Below are positions 24,371-37,437 of a DNA stretch of 64,000 bases, in pieces. Made by a program: the position numbers and the translations under genes. The notes beneath the pieces were generated by a model, which made no database searches, was not told the DNA's origin, and worked only from the letters and a program-made list of their open reading frames with translations. This DNA is from Balanoglossus misakiensis (lineage: Eukaryota > Animalia > Hemichordata), in assembly GCA_040954595.2 (NCBI GenBank), contig CM082591.2:3705957-3769956 (forward strand), written 5' to 3'. How positions within the stretch are numbered: the stretch's first letter is position 1; every line of letters starts with the position of its first letter.

Positions 24371-26805
24371 CTGATTGGTACCGCTGCTATAGTGCTGGGT
24401 ATGTGGGTCTGGCTGACCGTTTACAACGACCAGTCGAGAAGTCACGTGTTTGTGTTCGTTCAAGACACTTTCTGGATCACAAACTTCCTCTTCGTTGGAA
24501 TTGGCGCATTTATCGTCATCATGACGTTTATCGGATTCTTTGGACTGTACAGGGAGAATAAATGTTCCGTGCTTGTGGTAAGTGCACATGCTGTCAGTTT
24601 GAGGTTGTCTGTGGGAATATTAATATCTTGTTGATTGGGTGGTTGGTTTTTAACCGTTTAAAGGCATTATGTAAATAGGATGATAACTGACAACAGTGTC
24701 ACGTTTATTTTTTTCTCTCCAGTATTTCCTTCTTCTTTTGCTGATATTCATCACAGTTATTGCGTTCACGACAATGGCCTTCGTCTTTTACTTTCAGGTG
24801 AGTTAAGTATCAATGAACGAATTTCATTGGGAGATCACGCGAGACTTGTTTATTTACCATAGCAAGGGTAATGCTACTAATTAGTTTAGACACGACAATT
24901 CTGATTGGTCAATTACTTTACACACACCTGAATAGGTAGACTATGGCACTTGTGATTGGTCAATTACGCTCTGGGCTCTTTGAAGTCAAGTCATAAAATT
25001 TAAATATATATTAAAACATCGCCAGACAGATTGGCACCTGTTGCGTTTCTTTAAAATGCAAAGGATTGCGACCCAGTTCCGATACATGCGGACAGTAATT
25101 CGAGTGTGAAGGTCATTTAGCTACGGGGTAGTTGTCATACCCGCCGTTGGTGGCGACATGTACAAGCCAAGACAGTGGCGGCGATTTTAATGACGTCATA
25201 CCTAACAAGAACTGACAAGAGGCCAACTGCAACTATGAGATGATTTTAATATTACAACATATTTCTTTTCTCACATGCAGCTTAAAAATGACCTGTCTTT
25301 CGCCATTAGTGGTGGGGTACTCAATTACTATGGCACGAATGGCAGGGACGATGTAACGGAAGCCCTTAACATGATGCAAGTTAGGGTAAGTGTCAATCGC
25401 GGTTTGGGGGGGGGGGGTAGGTGAAGATCGTAGTTTAAGGGAAGAACCATGTGATTTCGTGGGGGGATGTGATTTGGGTATGTGTGAAATTTTGGAGGGA
25501 ATTCAAAGTAATCATGTAATAATGGTCCTATTTTTTGTCACAGTTTGATTGTTGTGGAGAGTCTACGTACACAGAATGGATTCGTAGCGAATGGTACGAG
25601 AGCGAAAAGATGAAGTATTTCACAAGCGATGAGTGGAGACCGTATCCGCCATCTTGCTGCACAGTGCACCCGGATGTCAGCAGGACCAGTGTACGCAACG
25701 GTGTTGTACCAAGGCTTTGGAATGAAACAGCGTGTTATGCAGACCCGACGAGTGTTTATATTAATGGCAGGGTGAGTTGCAATGATAAAGTATTTGCATA
25801 TATATCGTCTGCTATTCATACATTGTGTCTAACTATAATGAATTTTTTTTCGGCTACATAGGGGTGCTTCGACGTAGTATATGAATGGATATATCCGTAC
25901 GTACTTATATTTGGCGGTGCTGGGGGGTTCGTACTCCTCATGTTGGTATGTATTCAACCCTGCCCTTCATGTTTAGATAGAATATATTGACTGATTTATT
26001 TATTTGTTTACGAAGAATGTAACCATGGCAGCGAAGACATTCTGACCTCGTTCCAGGCATTTCTGAATGCCTGTACCACTGTGAAAAATTCACTTGAAAC
26101 TTTGACATCCTCGAACCTGAACTTCGTGCTGTAGTTAATTTCGAGGTTGTCTGCAATGGTTGCAAGTGAGTGTGGTATAAGTATTCATTAATCTTGCCTG
26201 GGAAGAGGCCGGGACGATGTCACACATAACACCCCCGAGAAATGAAACTAACCAGCCAGCAGGAAAGAAGTTGAAATACAGGCATCATCCTTATCAAACA
26301 GACAATCCCGTTTGCCGCAACTTTTAAGTCAAACTCGCTGCTTGTTAACATTGCCCTGCAAACCTTTAAATACTCAACCATTATCGCTCTAGCTATCAGC
26401 ATATGCATGCACTCTGAAAGCAATTGATCACCTACGCACTACTTTACCCGAAATTCGAGTTCTCCCGAATGCTACAAAAGTTCTCCGAATTTTATTTCCG
26501 TTTATGCGCCATTTTGCATTCTTCCAATTTCTTCCACGAGTTCACTCTCAGCACCACTTTTTTCCCTTTTGTCTTTCCCTCCGTTTTTCTAGCTTCTCGA
26601 CTTGCTTGGATACATATTCCTGCTTCGCAAAATGGACTTCGATGACGACGCGGAGGAAGAGGATAGGGGCGGCGGCGGTCGTCCGGCCAAACACGTGGAC
26701 AGGGAGCTGCCTCCGCTGGACAACTTCTACGCTGACGATATCAATATGGAAACCAGGAAGTCGGGCGTGCCAAACATCGATTTCACCATGGCTAGGAAAT
26801 GGTGA
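24371..26805 (+). CDS. Divergent tetraspanin with a long acidic C-terminal tail (first coding exon not confidently located)
   Basis: Exons 24371-24577 (TM1 end, TM2, GFFGLYRENKC), 24723-24797 (TM3), 25281-25385, 25544-25771 (FDCCG..W..WY..PPSCC..C), 25862-25945 (GC.., TM4), 26593-26805 (TGA). All are phase 0, and the layout matches the tetraspanin at 37438-40220. Confidence 0.85.
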
Positions 26806-29152
26806 CGTGTGCATGAGACAAATAAATTTCATGCTATACGCCATGTTTTCAGTCACGGCGATGGGGTGTTTTGGCAAAATCGGATGCAACGCAGTCTATC
26901 GCCTGTCAGCCGAACTATATTTAGCAATGTTTTAGTTATGGCACCTTTTTGTTGCCATGGTGATGAATATTCCACTTCTGCGAGAAAATAAGTGGCTCGC
27001 AATAGGAAACTGGAAACAAACTTGTTCTTTTTAAAATTCTGACTAATTATTGAAGGAATTGGCGAACTAATTTTCGATAGACCAATTTATTGTACTACAT
27101 TTCAAACGCCTCGGTAGTACTTACATGTTTTTAATGCTTTTCTCTTTATTATTATTTTTAACTTTTTGTAAATTTATTTTTATTTTTTGTGTGTCTATAT
27201 TTGGTATGTTAATGATTGAACTAACCTTAATTCCTCGCAGAGAAAGACCCTACAACAGTAAGACTGGATGAGCAGTTCATGACATCACTGAGTATGAAAT
27301 CTCAAACTTGCTGTTGGAGGGGGGGGGGGGGGTTGTCCAGGTTACGTTTCCTGAAAATAGTGCATTTGGTCAAAATTTGCATACATCTTGATTTCTGCTG
27401 GGAGGGGGGGGGGGATATTTTCGTTTATAAGAAAGCTACTCAGATATAATGACTGAAAATTGTGTACCTTGTTGGCTGAACTCATGGAAACATTTTTTAT
27501 ATAACAAAAACAGAAGTCAATTTACTCACTGAAACAAACTTTAACAAGAAAGTAGAATAGTTACATAAATTAATTCATTCTAAGTTATCATATTTATTAT
27601 CCCTACAGGATTTTATTTTAGTGACAAGAAAACTATCATAGCAATATATTACAAGTATAAGTTGGTCAGGAGTGGGGGGGGGGTATTGACACACTTATTA
27701 TATCAAAGAATTGAAGGGTTTGGGGGGACTTTCATTTTTCTGAAACTCTGCCCTTGAGGTGCGTACTTCCCGAACTAATTATGTTACTCAGAAAAAGTTT
27801 GTTTTTTGGCATATTTACATTGGGTAAATGCAACTTGAAACCCAAACACATAATATGGCTTGATTATCATTTTTCTTAGTGATGTATTGATTGACAATAT
27901 GACAAATCATGTTTAGACGATCATGTACTTGTTTTTCTAATATTTGTGATTTTTTTTCCATTTTGGTTAAATAGCGTTATTCACTACTTGTTATTCAGAC
28001 TTGACTTTATCACATCCTTGTCTTTCCAGCTACATCCACTTTTGTATGTTTAAAAAATACTTGACTATGTAAATTCTCCTTAATGCGATGTTTCTTTGTC
28101 CTAAAGGACGATTCATATGCTGCGGGACAATGCGGAGTCAATATTTTTTCATTGATGGTTTTTTCTACGGGCAATTTTTAAATAAATGTGAACTTGAACA
28201 TAACCGTTGCCATCTGGTATTTTGTACCTTATAAGGACCAATCACAGAAATGTTTATGTAGTTCAGGTATGAAATGTTTTAAAAGACATACACATACATT
28301 TTTGTTTTTAGTTTCGAAAAAAACATCAACTACCATTTATCAAAATATGAGGAAAAAATAACACCACCGGACAAGCAAAAAATATAGCTTCATGAAAACT
28401 TAACAATTGTCAGTTTTAGTTATCTCACAGTTTTAGTTATTTCACAAAACTATCAACCAATCAAAGTGTTCTCTATATCAGAGATAACAAAAAAAATCTC
28501 AATGCTTGTCTCCAGTACTAAACAAAGTAAAATCACACATTGACACAAGTCCCTTGTGTGCACTTATAAAACTTCCAAACGTTTCACAGTCTAAGACGTC
28601 TTAACTTTGTTTAAAACAAAGACTATAATTGATAAAATTACAATTCTTTATAATGCTTAAACTTGACAATTTTTGTCGAAATGGGTGACAGCATAATAAA
28701 TATACAAATCATACCAATTACATGTTAAACCTTGGTCTAAGACAGGACTTATACTTCTCCATCAATAACATTTACACATTGAATAACATACATTAGAACA
28801 TATCATATACCATAAAAAAGAAGTTTCGACTGGCCTTCTGCAATAAGTTGTAATTGTGGTCAATTAACAAACTATAAATACAATATTAAATACTTAAGCA
28901 TAAAACATCTTAACATATTTTTTTTACAACAAAGACTAATTAGTTTGCTGAAATTAAAATTGTCAATAAGTACTGTTCTTTAAAATGACATAAATACTTC
29001 AATAATTTATAAACTTCAGATAAAATGGAGTAAAACACCCAAGTTAAATGATATAGCACATGATTCTTATGTGCATGTGAATAAAATGCAAAAATTCAAG
29101 GAAGTTGTTCTTTCCATGCAAATGCTCATCAAGAAGACGATATATCCATCAA

Positions 29153-32100
29153 CTAAACCATCATGTTTTTGGTTACAGTGCTGGCCTTGCGTCTCTTACT
29201 CACAGGAAAGTCGTCAACCTCTTGGCTGTTGGAGATCTCGTACTCGGACTAAAGGGAGGAAAATCATCTCACTATATTCACAAAATCAATAACTTACTTG
29301 GACTATCCAATGATCATACAGGTTTAGTCATCAGAGAGACAATTTCATTTGGTAAAATAAATTCCAAGCTCAGGTATGGCAGGATTGGTTATAGAATGAT
29401 TGTCATGAGACACAAAATGATATTACTTACTTGATCGGAAATTGACACTATCTTTCTGCTCTCCTCAAACTTGCGTTTCTGGATACGTGGACTTTGACGG
29501 ACCTGTTAAAGATAATCAAGAGAGAGTTGGGGTAGTATGGAAAATTCCCAACTGAGGTATTTTACGTACGTTATGCAAGGACATAGAAGCTATTTATCTC
29601 TAAGATGTGTGTGTGCCTATACCTGCTGTTGTGATCGTAACTGTTGAAGTCTTTTCGGCTTGTCCATTTTCTTAGAAGCAGACTGTTTCTCAGACACATC
29701 CATTGCTGACGCTTTCTCTGTCAACTCCTCCACCTGAAAAGTATCAGCAGGTAAAAAGTACAGAAGATCAGGTTATCAGACCAAATTATTTTCTCGATCA
29801 TGTGATAGTGCAATTTTTTCAGGTGGCCACTCATAATCACCCAAAAATAATAACTGCCAATCATAATCCTTGAGTGACACACTTTCCAATCAAATCATTT
29901 AAATACCTCATCATACGATTTCCGTTTTTGAGAACTTCTTTCTTTGACTGAAGATTGCTGCTTAGGGGAGTTTTCTTTTGTGGCCTGAACCTCTTCAAGA
30001 TCTTCTGGCTCGCTTGCTCTGTGGCAGTACATCTTGAAACCTTCTTCAATCACTTTGTCTTTCCTTACAATCTTACCAAGCCTGTTGAAAATTCCTCTCA
30101 TTGATCAGAAGATATATTTTCGGTTGGTCTGAACAATGCATGTCAGTACTGCATATCATTGATATGCATGTCATTAAATTTTCAAAGATTGGACAACAAA
30201 GTTCAACATTTATAATACCAGTCTCTTGCCAGATAAATCTACACTGCCTTTACTTACCTGCAGACATTATGATCATGTGAAATTAAAAAAAAAAATGTCT
30301 GCAGTGTCAATATATATTGATTACACAAAAATAATAAAACACTAACCTTTTGCCTTTATTAGGAGCAGAGACAAATTTCTCTTTCTGCAGCCGGTTGACT
30401 AACCCAGTTGCCACATTGTATTCAACTCCCAGTCGTTTAGAGAAGTGTGGTATGGTAATCCGACTTGTCTCAGTGCAAGCCAGCAAAGCTCGACGCCATA
30501 AACACATGGCTTGGATGCAGACTGGTTTCATGCCATACAGAGTGTAGTCAGTGGGTTTTCTCTCAGGCATATTGGTCTGTTCAACATTGAAAAAAAAACA
30601 ATTAAATAGATTCAGCATTAAAAAACTTACACAATTCCATGAAAAGGGGTATAAATATTCTTAAAAACAAGTACAGTAAAACTCAAATTATCCGAACTCC
30701 AATTATCTGAATTGTTTGGTTATCCGAACTGCTGTCATGTCCCCCAAACAGTTCTATTGTATAGGATCATTATCCGAATAACCGAACTGTCTGCATATCC
30801 GAACAAAATCAATGTCCCCTTGTCAGTTCGGATAATTGGAGTTTTACTGTAAAGTGTGTCTGTTCTTTTTATTTTTAATTCAAACTTTATTATCTCTTAC
30901 ACCACCATGGTTTGGTCCAAATCCCATTTGACTAATGAAAAGTTAGACCGCTTATAGAGAGAACTTGGGGTGAAAGGGTTGAATATACAGAACTGCAGGA
31001 ATGCTGTACAACACAGACAAAAGTACAAGAACTCACATCAGCACACAGATCACAGATATGGATATCAGGGACTTCATCTTCCTCCAGCATTCCAAAGCAA
31101 ATGGCATGTTGCCAGTAGTTACAGCCCTCACAATTGACCATCAAACCATCCTCCTATAAAATAAAAGACAACATAGTACCGGTTAATTTATAACACATCT
31201 CATCCGCAATCTGGTGTGTTGTGATTTGCCGAAGTAGTCATGTGGGTCAAGTTCTTCACACCAGGAATTCTCAGAGTGTACAACGTCTCACTGACCTCAT
31301 TACATCCACATGGACATCTTGTTATGCACTTTTCATCATTGTCCATGTTACTGACTTGTGATGCTGGAGTAGAAGCAGTTTCCGTAGCTCCTATATAGCA
31401 CAAAAAAACAAAAACAAATATTTATTTACATATTAGTCACAGGGTCCCATATATCTCATTTAAACCACATCATTATTCTGTGTTTACAACCAAAATCCAC
31501 TTTGTTTGACTAAGCCATTTTGTTGGTCTACTGGTAAGAAAACATGCATGTTCAATGACTGATTAACACACAACAAAACACGCTGTGGAAATTTCAAAAT
31601 CAACTACAGAGAGACTTGTATTTCAGGAGCATATTTCAAATGCAGCACTCCCTGTACACAGTAAATAAAGCGAATCCGCAAGACTCACAATTGGTGTATT
31701 CAGTAAATGTAACATTATCAACATAATCTTTCACTGTAGTGTTGATCATGTGCCATACAGTATTTTGTACTTCTCATGCTACCTGGTTTTGCAGGACTTC
31801 CATCTGGTACATCAGCACTAACAGCCGGTTCACCACCTTTCTTCTTCTTTCCTTCCTTGTTGTCCTCTATTGATTCTTGATTCAGAGACTCAAGCTCTAG
31901 AGATACTCCATCATCCACCTTCAGTTCAGACAAACACCGGTTTATCATAATTCATTGAAACCTTACAGACTGGACTGAGTTTTGTGTGTCAATTATCATT
32001 GGATGTCATTAAAATAATGTTCAACTTTTTCACACATCTTAATATTGTCAATTCATGATTTGACATCACAAAAACAGACAGATATACATCAGCTATATAT

Positions 32101-34416
32101 ACATGTTTTTTTTTTTTTTTTTTACAGCAAACAATACTGCCTCCATTTTCTCTAAAACATCCCTTTCAGGTCACCTCCCATGGTCACTGTTCTAAACTGA
32201 AAACAAAATGATTATTGTAGATGATATATATGCAAAATTTTCACCTCTTGCATGACCTCATCCAGATCTTTCTCCTCGTCTTGATCCAGTCCTGATGCGC
32301 TCATCAAAGTTTTATTTCCATCTTTCTCATCATCCACCTCCTCCTCCTCCCCCTTCTCATGACCTTCTCCATCTTTCATAGCGAACAGAGATCCATCTGT
32401 TGTTAAACGTAGCTTCACACTGTCAAAAACGAAAGACATGTAGTTAAAATTACACATACTCTGACCAGAAATAATTTTCATCTTTCAGGTCTACTGGAAA
32501 AATAATACATTTTCTTAGTCAGAAATAAATGTACTGTTCACTTCTGTTGGGAATGTGAAGAAAAGTTTTCTTTATAAGCAATATGCAAGTCTTGAAATTT
32601 ATATAAATTATGGAAAAAATTATACTTACATGTGGAAAGGCTACCATATTGAGAACATATATGTAAGGGAAATATAATAAAAAAATTATTGTGTAGCCGT
32701 TTGATAAAGTAGTGAAATAACAGGTAATTGCCACACACCGACGGACTGAAATACGAATGATTGAGTCAAATATATCCCGGTAAAACTGAGTTTGAAAGCA
32801 ATCGCATGTAGTCTTGGGGAAAGAATGAGGGCATGCTTACAGTTTTGACGTCTCCAACTTTGAGGTTCATCGGTTCAATGTCATAGTTGAATTTGTCAGA
32901 CTCGGCTGCTTTGAAGCCTGGTGGCTCATAGTCTGGTGGTGTTACTGTGAGAATAAACAGAAGGCAAGTTAATTAGTCTGGTTCACTTTCAGATTTTTTT
33001 TACTTTTGAAGCATCAAGAAACTAAATCATTTCAGTGGTATAATACTCAATCCCTGGGATTTGCCATTTTAGCTTTCACAATCATGAATGACATTAACAC
33101 ACATAGACTGCACTCACCATCATCATAGTACAAGAGTTTCATCGTCATGAAGACACCATCAGGCAGAGGATCCAAAGTTTGGGTAAGCAGAATGATTGTC
33201 CTCAGAAGACATATGGTGGCTTTCTTGGTTTCACCGTCACTGTATGCACTGGCTAGCTTCTTGTCATTTCTGTAGATTGTCATTCCTCCCCGGTTTTGAT
33301 AGGCAAACTTGAAGGTGTACGATTCAATCAAACTCTGCCAATGAAGAATCATAGGAAATTAAGTAACATACATGAAGCTGAATAGATTACTGGGAAGGTA
33401 AAAGTGACCTGTACATGAAAAGAATGTTGTAATTTTTCTTCTAGAAAGAACCTACCTCTGGATCATCTGCATTTACAAATATCTGAAAAAAAAGAAATAT
33501 AATTATAAGGTTTATGTCACAACTGACTGTAAATAACACGTTAAATTGAACTCTGTTGCTATCTTTTTGTTCTATGCATGCAGACCAACCAAGATACTGA
33601 GACTCAACTGTGTGTGGAAGTAGATATGACACATAAAAGATATACTTACTCCAAGAATAACAGTTCGTAGCTGTTGATTTAACAAAAATAAGATGTTTAT
33701 TATCAACAGAATTAAATTGTGTGATGCTGCAGTTACAAATGCATTTTTCATAGATGTATCAAGGTAGTAGGCCTATACAGGGAGTGTTTGTATGTGTATA
33801 ATGTCTTATAAAGTCTAATGCAGCCTAAAGACTTTTCCACTTACATATTTTTTGTCCAAGGCATCAAAACATCCTTTCATCCATTTGATAAGTCTACAAG
33901 CACCAGGACAAGTGCTGTCATCTCTCAGAATCTTTAAGTTCAGATCTATTAAGAAATATTATTTACAACATATACTATCAATGACTACCTCACACTCTGC
34001 TGGTAATTTGTGAAGGCTTGGGAATTATTGTCTGCAAGAAGTCAATGAATTTAATCTGAAAGACAATCAACTTCCCGGGAAGATTTTAGACACATACCTT
34101 CAAGACATCTATCTCCAAATGCATGTTCTGGGAAAATTACTCTCAGGTACGTTATATTAGAAACTGCAACAGCCAATAACTTCTTGACAAAGAGCTGTGA
34201 TTGTGTTTCTGACAGTTGATCTTGAGGGAAAACACTTGACCACTGAAAATGTATCAAAACATAATAGACTTGGTCAAATATGGACACTTGCTGCAACTTG
34301 ATTTTTTTTTTTTAATAAAAACAAATGGTTTCTTCTACTTCCAAATTATGAGGAAAAGTATTTACCTTTCCTGTCTTTTGTTTTTCCTTCTCTCGCACTG
34401 CCGTTGCTACTGCCAT
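29153..34416 (-). CDS. HORMAD1: Meiotic HORMA-domain protein (HORMAD/Hop1/Asy1 family) with a central PHD finger, probable winged helix and C-terminal closure-motif-like peptide
   Basis: 17 coding exons: 34416-34366, 34242-34098 (VKKLLAVAVSNITYLRVIFPEHAF), 33945-33845 (WMKGCFDALDKKY), 33670-33650, 33482-33456, 33334-33118 (ESYTFKF..LDPLP..MKLLYYD), 32944-32841 (TPPDYEPPGF), 32640-32630, 32419-32245, 31918-31783, 31390-31296 and 31153-31037 (C4HC3 PHD), 30576-30347, 30081-29907, 29733-29623, 29502-29431, 29248-29153 (SKRRKASTVTKNMMV*). Confidence 0.93.
30674..30849. mobile_element. Tc1/mariner-pogo (Tigger-like) MITE in a HORMAD intron
   Basis: TIRs CAGTAAAACTCAAATTATCCGAACT and AGTTCGGATAATTGGAGTTTTACTG, with TA on both flanks. 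176 bp, no ORF, internal TATCCGAA sub-repeats. Confidence 0.9.
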
Positions 34417-34997
34417 CTTCAAAAATCCAATATCCTTCAAATGCAACATACACATGATATTTACTACAAATGTTTATGAGAAACAACATGGTGTACATTT
34501 TACTACACTACTGTGAACCCAAAGAAAAAAGTGGTTTCCAAAATAGCCTAGCAGTATATATTATAACCGTTAACTTCATTCTTATTATGGCCAGCAATGC
34601 GTTACTTTTATTGACATTATCAGGAAAGATTTGCGCCGCTAACGCAGTTTAGGATCCCCTGGCCCTTCGTGTAATCAATCGGTCGGTTGGCATGGAAACT
34701 GAACGCATCGACGCGTCGTCTACACTACACTCTGTGGTATCACGGATTCTCCGTACTTTGTCTGCGGAAAAGGTGATGATGAGTCGGGAAAATCGTCCCT
34801 TTAGTGGGTATTAGATGGTCTAAACGGGTAAGTTGTTCAAAATAAACAACAGAAAGTATTTGATTCAGACGCGCTCCGAACTATCCGGACGGGGCGCGCA
34901 AGCAAGAATCAGCGATCCGAGTGTTTGTTTTGTAAGCTCGCTGTATGATCAAAAATAACACTCAAAACTCTATGAATGACGGAGTGTGACACTTACC

Positions 34998-35145
34998 TTC
35001 TCTTGCTTACGATTTTACTTGGGTGAAAATACTTTCATTGGAAAAGAAACCAAGAAATTGGACCTTCTTTTCCACAGGTACGTCTGAAACTCTGTCGCCG
35101 TGACGTCAACTGGGCAAGTGTCGTCTGCTCGTCGTCTGCTCACTT
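34998..35145 (-). promoter_or_regulatory. Probable non-coding first exon and promoter region of HORMAD
   Basis: CpG-richer segment with a minus-strand donor AAG|GTAAGT near 34997, a CRE palindrome TGACGTCA at 35101-35108 and a tandem GTCGTCTGCTC x2 at about 35120-35141. Confidence 0.45.
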
Positions 35146-37437
35146 TTTATCCCAGATCCTCTTCTGAGGTGTGGCGAAGCCGGATCAATATTTCTTGTAT
35201 TTTTGAGCGTAACAGAACCTACGTATCTTTTCTTATACGTAATTCGTTGTAATTACTAAAACTTCATTGAGAAAATTCCTGTTTCGTGATGTAGAGAACG
35301 GGGAAACAACGCAGAAACATGTATACACTCTGCAAAGCTATCTCAGGGAGACTCCCCAGAAATGCGCACATTCTATCAGGGCGCCCCAGGACCCGGTAGT
35401 TTTTCTGACGCGCAGGATTCAACAGAAACAGTCTTTTTTTCAGCATTTCTAGCCTTTTTAATATACGAAAAATTCGCTTGCATTGAATAATATTGCCTGT
35501 TGAACATGTTTGATGTCATGCAGTATTCAACGACACAGATCTACAACACACAAAGTACTGAGAGTACATGCTAAATTTATTGAAATCAAAAATTTGATGT
35601 GAATTCACATTGAGAATAAAAACTGGACTTTGCCTATAGCTGATGATGTCAATCACATACAAATAAACAAATTATAATCTAAGGAACACCGTTTAATAAC
35701 ACTTTAAGGGAAATATTCCAATTCAGGTGGGACTGGACACGAGAACATGATTTGCAAAAAGTGACAATATTGGCAAAATCACCATATTTTCATACAAAAG
35801 TTCTGAAACATCATTGCTTATTTTAACATTATTGTTCAACATATCATTTATCTGACTACACATGTTTATTTTTATAAATAAGACATAAATAACAATGACT
35901 AAATAATCCAAACAAAACACTGTGACACGGTATAAAATGTCAATGACTGCTTGTATGGTGCATTGTGTTCCATTTAAAGTTGTCATGACCTTTTCAATCC
36001 AATCAAAGACTTAATTTTAATTAACATGTACAGAGGGGAGGGGCAGGGCAGGTTCTCTGTGAGATGAGAAACATGTTGAGGATGACATCATAATTTCAGA
36101 AAACAGCTACGGCAGAATAATCTTATCAAAATGCTAAAATTCATCTAATATGACCTGTGTAGTGAATATATCTAATAAAATCCAAAAAAAATTTTAAATA
36201 CAAGAAAATTATTATAATCGTGTACATGATATACAAAATATAAAATACATCTTAAAATATCTAACACTTATTCAAATTGTAGAAAATACAACGTCATAAT
36301 TATTAAAATTCTAGGTTTGAGTTTAAAAGGGCAAACTAAATTACCTGTTTTCACGAGTTAGTTAATAAATATACAGAGTTCGGGTTCAGGTGATTCTATC
36401 TCTAACCTGATTCTAAATTTTAATTGCTAAGAAATCCAACGAATATAAAATGGATGGATAATTTTTTTTTCCATATGAGTAATGATATGAGGGGTAGAAA
36501 GTTGACTTCAGCTTAGTTCATAGCCTCTGAGAAGAAATATACGTAGCACCATCATCATTTGACATGTATGGTTGGCATAAGTGATTATCACTTAAATTCT
36601 GGGCAGACGTTTACCTAGCCTATAAAATTGATCCCTGCATGTGGCTTGATGTGGTTCTATGGATACCACAGGGGTCGCTAAATTCTGATTGTTTTTAGTC
36701 AAAAATTGCATTTCCAGAGATTTTGGGCCGTGTGATAAAAGGTTCATTGTGGTGTTACGTTATAATGGTGGGAATTTTGCATATTGCCATTGGATGGATC
36801 TCACATTTGAACCAGGTGTCGCAGGAAAAATAAGCGAGGTATCACTGGTAAGTTGTATGATATGCAAATTGCAGATATATGCAAATCATTGCCTTCTGAT
36901 TGGCTATTTCTTGACAAACTACACACTATTCAGGTCTGAGAGTCATTCTGGCATATGCACCTTATTAAATTAGTAAATAATTTACATACTCTATATATAC
37001 AAGTGCTTCACCATATTATTTGCAGCAAGCTTTTCAAAACAAGCTCATAACATTTACAGACTATATCCAACTCGTGCCACTAACTTCTCTTGCCAGCTGC
37101 TTTTTATCCATATTTTAAAAATTCTGATTACAGTTTGTGCAATTTGTGACCATGAAATAACACTCACAAGTCATCTACTATTCTGTGCACTTTCCTCTAC
37201 GCTCAACACTGCCCTCTGTGTCCACATTTAGCTGGCTGATGCCCTCTATGGCCAATCTGGGCAATTACTATTCTTCTGCTGGAGAGAATACGAGGACCAT
37301 CCCACAAAAGAGGATGATAGTTGAGTTTCTAAACAAACACTGATGCATTAAAACTCTTGCAGCTGTAGAAAGAGTGGCCCGTATCCAACTTCTCCTAAAG
37401 TCTTCTATATAAATATGTCGATATAGGCCAAACGACA

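Noticed and set aside
29298-29302. Possible 5-nt HORMAD micro-exon (ag|TCCAA|gtaagt)
   Set aside because: It would frameshift the terminal closure-motif exon, and the flanking exons already join in frame.
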